Origin: Naegleria gruberi
Taxonomy: Eukaryota
NCBI GenBank assembly: GCA_000004985.1
Contig: GG739209.1
Strand: one strand, 5' to 3'
DNA length: 3,749 nt
Under the pieces are notes generated by a model. It was given only the letters and a program-made list of their open reading frames with translations, did not search any database and was not told where the DNA came from. Shown in pieces: positions 1 to 3,749 of the stretch; position 1 is the stretch's first letter, and every line of letters begins with the position of its first letter. The translations under genes and the position numbers were made by a program.

Positions 1-117
1 TTCATTTTTTAAAAAAACGTCACAACACATCAACTGAATTTTCATCATCCTCACACAAAAATATTTCATTATTATTATTAGTAGAGGATTTCATCTTGAT
101 TGTTGTGGGATCTATTT

Positions 118-124
118 TATAAAA
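118..124 (+). promoter_or_regulatory. TATAAAA, a candidate TATA box for the + strand membrane-protein gene.
   Basis: Seen directly, 155 nt upstream of ATG 279. In AT-rich DNA this motif has low specificity on its own. Confidence 0.15.
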
Positions 125-148
125 CACGCCATTGTGTGTTGAATACTA

Positions 149-199
149 TTATATATTGTAATAAGAGTTAATATATTGTAATAACATAATATATTGTGT
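149..199 (+). promoter_or_regulatory. Direct tandem repeat of about 2.5 copies in the upstream region. The repeat unit is TtATATATTGTAATAAsa with a period of about 20 bp.
   Basis: The 14-mer ATATATTGTAATAA occurs identically at 151..164 and 171..184, and a partial third copy ATATATTGTG is at 189..198. This is 80-130 nt upstream of ATG 279. Related GT-rich motifs (cattgtgtgtt at 130..140) and CA-rich motifs (cacaacacatcaac…cctcacacaaaaa at 21..60) flank it. Confidence 0.3.
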
Positions 200-278
200 T
201 TAACTTTTAAAATTACAAGACTAAATTGTAAAGCTACTAACTTGATATCTAACGCAATATATCATCATTAACATCAAC

Positions 279-1178
279 ATGAATGATACAAATATTATAA
301 TAGATTACAATAATAATAATACTATTGTTACAACAAGTAATACTTCTATATCAAGTAATAATTCAATAATATTATATTCAGATAATATATATGAATTAGG
401 ATCTAATAATGTTGTGGATTTATCGATATTCTTTGTTGGATTGTTTTTATGTTTAATAACTTTGATAATTTCATTTATAATTTGTTTAAATTCCCAAATT
501 AGGACATGTTGTACTTACTGTAAAAGGAAAAGAGACATTAACAAATTAAAAAAACAAAAACTACCAATGAAAGCACTAACTTATTATGAAAATATTAAAG
601 AATATAATGGAAGTTCTAAATTTTATTCAAATTCTCAACCAATTTTATTTTTAATTTCTTCAATTTCTTTAATTTTTTGGTACTTAGGAATTGGATTATA
701 TTATAATTTATTAAATATGAAATGGTTAGATGTTGAAATGGAAAATCAAACTGCTTCTTTAACAAGTAGAAGAGTTTATTGTATTTGCATCTATATTTGG
801 CTAAATTATATTTTAGGTTCCTATTTATATTCAATTAATATATTTGGAAGAGTATTATCTTTATTTGTTTATAATATTCAATTTGGTAGAGATGAAAGAG
901 TTAACACTTATAGAAAGAAACAATTAATATCATTATCAAGTATTTTAATTTTATCAAGTTTAGTAATTTGTATTGGAGTTGTAATTTCTATTTTTATTAA
1001 ATTTAATACAAATGGATCAAAAACAGAAATGAATACAATTACCTGTAATAGAATGAATAGTATTGGTGAAGATATTGCAATTTCACAATACGATCCANAT
1101 ACTCTAGCACTAGTTGTGTTACAATATTTATTAATTGGTTTTATTTTCTTTATTTGGTGTTTAAGTTTCTTTGCTTCN
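279..1178 (+). CDS. 5' portion (300 codons) of an Asn-rich polytopic membrane protein, cut off by the assembly gap. At least 5 predicted TM helices and an N-glycosylation-rich N-terminus (NDT, NNT, NTS, NNS sequons). Possibly a 7TM or GPCR-like receptor, but the family is not recognised.
   Basis: ATG at 279 is the first ATG after an in-frame TGA at 243..245. The frame then runs 300 codons to the N run, which is very unlikely by chance in AT-rich DNA. Hydrophobic stretches sit at about aa 45-70, 122-143, 167-185, 206-230 and 276-300. A basic cluster (KRKRDINKLKKQK) follows TM1, which fits the positive-inside rule. Codon usage looks dictyostelid (AAT Asn, TTA Leu, GGT or GGA Gly). The base at 1098 is n. 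Confidence 0.7.
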
Positions 1179-2546
1179 NNNNNNNNNNNNNNNNNNNNNN
1201 NNNNNNNNNNNNNNNNNNNNNNNNNNNNNNNNNNNNNNNNNNNNNNNNNNNNNNNNNNNNNNNNNNNNNNNNNNNNNNNNNNNNNNNNNNNNNNNNNNNN
1301 NNNNNNNNNNNNNNNNNNNNNNNNNNNNNNNNNNNNNNNNNNNNNNNNNNNNNNNNNNNNNNNNNNNNNNNNNNNNNNNNNNNNNNNNNNNNNNNNNNNN
1401 NNNNNNNNNNNNNNNNNNNNNNNNNNNNNNNNNNNNNNNNNNNNNNNNNNNNNNNNNNNNNNNNNNNNNNNNNNNNNNNNNNNNNNNNNNNNNNNNNNNN
1501 NNNNNNNNNNNNNNNNNNNNNNNNNNNNNNNNNNNNNNNNNNNNNNNNNNNNNNNNNNNNNNNNNNNNNNNNNNNNNNNNNNNNNNNNNNNNNNNNNNNN
1601 NNNNNNNNNNNNNNNNNNNNNNNNNNNNNNNNNNNNNNNNNNNNNNNNNNNNNNNNNNNNNNNNNNNNNNNNNNNNNNNNNNNNNNNNNNNNNNNNNNNN
1701 NNNNNNNNNNNNNNNNNNNNNNNNNNNNNNNNNNNNNNNNNNNNNNNNNNNNNNNNNNNNNNNNNNNNNNNNNNNNNNNNNNNNNNNNNNNNNNNNNNNN
1801 NNNNNNNNNNNNNNNNNNNNNNNNNNNNNNNNNNNNNNNNNNNNNNNNNNNNNNNNNNNNNNNNNNNNNNNNNNNNNNNNNNNNNNNNNNNNNNNNNNNN
1901 NNNNNNNNNNNNNNNNNNNNNNNNNNNNNNNNNNNNNNNNNNNNNNNNNNNNNNNNNNNNNNNNNNNNNNNNNNNNNNNNNNNNNNNNNNNNNNNNNNNN
2001 NNNNNNNNNNNNNNNNNNNNNNNNNNNNNNNNNNNNNNNNNNNNNNNNNNNNNNNNNNNNNNNNNNNNNNNNNNNNNNNNNNNNNNNNNNNNNNNNNNNN
2101 NNNNNNNNNNNNNNNNNNNNNNNNNNNNNNNNNNNNNNNNNNNNNNNNNNNNNNNNNNNNNNNNNNNNNNNNNNNNNNNNNNNNNNNNNNNNNNNNNNNN
2201 NNNNNNNNNNNNNNNNNNNNNNNNNNNNNNNNNNNNNNNNNNNNNNNNNNNNNNNNNNNNNNNNNNNNNNNNNNNNNNNNNNNNNNNNNNNNNNNNNNNN
2301 NNNNNNNNNNNNNNNNNNNNNNNNNNNNNNNNNNNNNNNNNNNNNNNNNNNNNNNNNNNNNNNNNNNNNNNNNNNNNNNNNNNNNNNNNNNNNNNNNNNN
2401 NNNNNNNNNNNNNNNNNNNNNNNNNNNNNNNNNNNNNNNNNNNNNNNNNNNNNNNNNNNNNNNNNNNNNNNNNNNNNNNNNNNNNNNNNNNNNNNNNNNN
2501 NNNNNNNNNNNNNNNNNNNNNNNNNNNNNNNNNNNNNNNNNNNNNN
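1179..2546. other. Assembly gap or masked region: a 1368-nt run of N. Its length is exactly 456 codons.
   Basis: Seen directly: an uninterrupted n run from 1179 to 2546. Every supplied ORF that crosses it (908..2632 -, 1150..2583 -, 1154..2578 +, 1171..2571 +) exists only because N translates as X. Confidence 0.97.
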
Positions 2547-2627
2547 GTTCGCATTGGTACACTTCCTCTAGCACATGAATCATTTGGAATTCTATCAGGT
2601 TCTAAACTTGGTTCCAGAGGTGATTGA
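2547..2627 (+). CDS. Possible C-terminal coding fragment (…VRIGTLPLAHESFGILSGSKLGSRGD, stop TGA at 2625..2627). It might be the end of the gapped + strand gene.
   Basis: This 85-nt stretch is only about 58% AT, which is coding-like for this genome. It is open only in + frame 0, the same frame as the 279 ORF, because the gap length is a multiple of 3. It is GGT-rich for Gly. However, the - strand frame MDQSPLEPSLEPDRIPNDSCARGSVPMR is also open here with CCA-rich Pro codons, so which strand is coding is unresolved. Confidence 0.25.
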   Translation, partial: VRIGTLPLAHESFGILSGSKLGSRGD

Positions 2628-2631
2628 TCCA

Positions 2632-2997
2632 TTAAGAATAATTCTGCATCTCCTTCGTCTTTTTGTGGGAATGTATACTAATTAAATCCAAAAACATTTT
2701 GTGATAATATCCATATAAATAACATGATCTAATATCTCGTCTACCTACATCTAAAACATTAAACATTTTAAATACACAATCATCCACAGTATATTGAATA
2801 CTCTCTCGTTCAAAATGTCTTTCCTCAATCATTATTGAAGCTATCCTTATTATTTCATTTGATAATTGAAAACAAAATTCCTCTCCATCTTCCGTCTCAT
2901 AAACTTCTTCCAATTCCTTTTCTATTTTCTTCATCATTGCTGAATATTCACTATTTACATTTGTTGGTGGTACATTTGGAGTTGTTGGGGTCGCCAT
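2632..2997 (-). CDS. Hypothetical small acidic protein of 121 aa. No family recognised.
   Basis: Complete ORF with ATG at 2997..2995 and stop TAA at 2634..2632. The sequence reads MATPTTPNVPPTNVNSEYSAMMKKIEKELEEVYETEDGEEFCFQ…YLYGYYHKMFLDLISIHSHKKTKEMQNYS. It is about 63% AT, typical of coding and unlike the AT-richer flanks, and uses dictyostelid-type codons. No convincing GT donor lies near its 3' end, so a single exon is likely. Confidence 0.6.
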   Translation of the reverse strand: MATPTTPNVPPTNVNSEYSAMMKKIEKELEEVYETEDGEEFCFQLSNEIIRIASIMIEERHFERESIQYTVDDCVFKMFNVLDVGRRDIRSCYLYGYYHKMFLDLISIHSHKKTKEMQNYS

Positions 2998-3053
2998 CTT
3001 GATCCGATTACTATTAATTTACTTAGGCTATTGTTGTTGTATATTTTGCTGAT

Positions 3054-3059
3054 TTATTT
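3054..3059 (-). terminator. AATAAA polyadenylation-signal candidate for the hydrolase gene.
   Basis: The - strand reads …gcagtaaataaatcagc…, with AATAAA as the reverse complement of tttatt at 3054..3059. This is about 100 nt downstream of the stop at 3157 and about 60 nt upstream of the next gene's ATG. Confidence 0.3.
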
Positions 3060-3132
3060 ACTGCCGATGATTAGCCTACTAAAACAAAGCTACAACAGTT
3101 GTTCATTAATTTTTTTTAAAACTGTAAATTAA

Positions 3133-3146
3133 ATTTGGCGCCAAAT
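3133..3146. promoter_or_regulatory. Perfect 14-bp palindrome ATTTGGCGCCAAAT. Its core TTTGGCGCCAAA matches two overlapping inverted E2F-type sites (TTTSGCGC). It is a candidate cell-cycle cis-element.
   Basis: Seen directly. The GC-rich GGCGCC core stands out in about 75% AT intergenic DNA. It lies 136-149 nt upstream of the ATG of the 121-aa gene (2997) and 11-24 nt downstream of the hydrolase stop (3157). Confidence 0.3.
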
Positions 3147-3156
3147 ATTACAGTTT

Positions 3157-3463
3157 TTATTCGTTGAGATTTGTTGCTTTAAAAACTTCCTTGATATCTT
3201 CTTTAAAATCCAAAATTGAATAATAATCAAAAATATCATTGTGATCAGCTCCTGGTACTGTAATAAATTTAAATTTGTTTTTAGCATTTTCATAAATTTC
3301 CTTTCCATGTGAATAAGGTACAATACTATCTCTATCACCATGTATAATCAATGTTGGTGCTTTGATATTGGAAACTTTATGAATATTACAAAACATATCG
3401 TATGGTCTCATGAATGGTACAATAGGTGCAAGGAATGATCTTCCCAATCCAACATGTAAAATA
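3157..3463 (-). CDS. Terminal exon of an ABHD17/FAM108-like alpha/beta-hydrolase. It carries the catalytic Asp (…PTLIIHGDRDSIVPYSHGKEIYE…) and catalytic His (…ITVPGADHNDI…), with stop TAA at 3159..3157.
   Basis: The translation ILHVGLGRSFLAPIVPFMRPYDMFCNIHKVSNIKAPTLIIHGDRDSIVPYSHGKEIYENAKNKFKFITVPGADHNDIFDYYSILDFKEDIKEVFKATNLNE aligns well with the C-terminal half of the animal ABHD17 (FAM108) serine hydrolases, recalled from memory (…[33 protein letters not shown]…VEGAGHNDIE…). The exon begins straight after a CAG acceptor at 3466..3464. Confidence 0.85.
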
Positions 3464-3510
3464 CTGTTAATGTCAAAATTTTTGAGAATTTTCACAAATG
3501 TAAAACTTAC
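3464..3510 (-). other. Intron of 47 nt (GTAAGT…TTAACAG) in the hydrolase gene.
   Basis: The - strand reads gtaagttttacatttgtgaaaattctcaaaaattttgacattaacag. It has a canonical GTAAGT donor and a CAG acceptor. The region is open in frame, which is why the supplied ORF 3157..3537 carries the false N-terminal extension MLNHISIEIVSFTFVKILKNFDINS. Confidence 0.55.
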
Positions 3511-3520
3511 GATTTCAATG
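3511..3520 (-). CDS. Putative 10-nt microexon (cattgaaatc) of the same hydrolase gene. Together with its phase-1 and phase-2 junctions it encodes P-L-K-S.
   Basis: It is flanked by an upstream CAG acceptor (3523..3521) and a downstream GTAAGT donor (3510..3505). It restores the reading frame between the two large exons and gives LILQT-PLKS-ILHVGLG, which parallels ABHD17 VVLHS-PLTS-GMRVAF. No single-intron model keeps the frame. Confidence 0.5.
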
Positions 3521-3565
3521 CTGATATGATTCAGCAATCAAATTTCAATTACTACTACTACTTAC
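3521..3565 (-). other. Intron of 45 nt (GTAAGT…ATCAG) in the hydrolase gene. It contains a (TAG)3/(CTA)n trinucleotide repeat at 3551..3562.
   Basis: The - strand reads gtaagtagtagtagtaattgaaatttgattgctgaatcatatcag. It has a canonical GTAAGT donor and a CAG acceptor, and in-frame stop codons inside it. Confidence 0.55.
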
Positions 3566-3749
3566 GTGTTTGTAAAATCAATCCACCCACTGGATACTTT
3601 TCAGCCAAATAAGAGCTAGGTCCAGTTCCAATAGAAATACCAAATATTACAATATCAGCCGGATCAATCTTTTCGTTATTTACAAGATAATTATAGGCAG
3701 CTTCAGCACTTTCATAAACATCTAAATAATAATTCTTTTGATTAGTAAT
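3566..3749 (-). CDS. Internal exon, partial because it runs to the window edge, of the ABHD17-like hydrolase. It contains the nucleophile elbow G-I-S-I-G (GxSxG).
   Basis: Reading the - strand in frame from 3749 gives ITNQKNYYLDVYESAEAAYNYLVNNEKIDPADIVIFGISIGTGPSSYLAEKYPVGGLILQT. This resembles ABHD17 …LYLDVEAAW…ILYGQSIGTVPTVDLASRY…. The exon ends in phase 1 at 3566, immediately before a GTAAGT donor at 3565..3560. Confidence 0.85.

Noticed and set aside
20-120. Short open frames at the left edge (+ frame 3 open 1..120; - strand MKSSTNNNNEIFLCEDDENSVDVL ending TGA at 22..20) as the end of a neighbouring gene
   Set aside because: They are too short and lack splice or start signals. The composition is CA-rich and AT-rich promoter-like sequence, not coding. 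They could only be assessed with sequence upstream of the window.
616-834. 72-aa ORF on the - strand (MNINRNLKYNLAKYRC…)
   Set aside because: It lies entirely antisense to the well-supported + strand membrane-protein CDS. It is Lys/Asn/Leu-rich AT-shadow translation with no independent support.
908-2632. Supplied long ORFs crossing the N run (908..2632 -, 1150..2583 -, 1154..2578 +, 1171..2571 +) and the 782-aa length given for 279..2627 +
   Set aside because: They exist only because N translates as X. Nothing inside 1179..2546 can be called. Only the flanks, 279..1178 and possibly 2547..2627, carry information.
2632-2700. Possible intron (GTATAC… on the - strand around 2679) extending the 121-aa ORF into the MDQSPLEPS… frame downstream of its stop
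   Set aside because: No GTAAGT-like donor is present. The candidate intron would be 20-77 nt and not AT-rich. The ORF ends at a clean TAA.
3129-3341. 70-aa ORF on the - strand (MVIEIVLYLIHMERKF…)
   Set aside because: It is an alternative frame overlapping the homology-supported terminal exon of the hydrolase. It also runs past that gene's stop codon into the 3' UTR.
3464-3537. N-terminal part of supplied ORF 3157..3537 (MLNHISIEIVSFTFVKILKNFDINS) read as coding, with Met 3537 as the start codon
   Set aside because: This stretch is read-through of intron 2 and the microexon region. A start at 3537 would cut off the upstream exon that carries the essential GxSxG nucleophile. The GTAAGT and CAG signals and the homology support splicing instead.
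3551-3562. (ACT)4 / (TAG)3 trinucleotide microsatellite and (ATT)4 at 70..83 as notable repeats
   Set aside because: These are very short simple-sequence runs, at the level expected in an AT-rich genome. The first lies inside an intron. No functional significance is inferred.
3464-3565. Single 102-nt intron model, GTAAGT at 3565 to CAG at 3464, which would be a more typical dictyostelid intron size
   Set aside because: It joins a phase-1 donor to an exon that needs phase 2. This gives an immediate frameshift and a stop, whereas the two-intron and microexon model preserves the frame and a conserved motif. It would only be viable if the assembly has an indel here.

Overview
This is a eukaryotic window, very AT-rich and with AAT (Asn) runs. 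The Asn runs, codon choices (GGT, CCA, TTA, AGA, CAA, GAA) and GTAAGT...CAG introns look like a dictyostelid social amoeba (inference), probably from a draft assembly: a 1368-nt N run spans 1179..2546 and there is a single n at 1098. I see no prokaryotic features such as CRISPR, operons or defence genes. Three genes are supported. (1) On the + strand, 279..1178 is the 5' part of an Asn-rich multi-pass membrane protein. It has an N-glycosylation-rich N-terminus and at least 5 predicted TM helices, a topology that resembles a GPCR-like receptor, and it is cut off by the gap. (2) On the - strand, 2997..2632 is a 121-aa acidic protein of unknown family. (3) On the - strand, an ABHD17/FAM108-like alpha/beta-hydrolase is read in three pieces: exon 3749..3566 (contains the GISIG nucleophile motif), a putative 10-nt microexon 3520..3511, and exon 3463..3157 (contains the catalytic Asp and His). 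The pieces are separated by two tiny GTAAGT...CAG introns of 45 and 47 nt, and the N-terminus lies beyond the window. Regulatory candidates are a perfect 14-bp palindrome ATTTGGCGCCAAAT (resembling overlapping E2F sites) in the 159-nt spacer between genes 2 and 3, and a 2.5-copy direct repeat of about 20 bp 80-130 nt upstream of gene 1. Several of the supplied ORFs exist only because the N run translates as X, or are antisense or frame-shifted shadows of the real genes.
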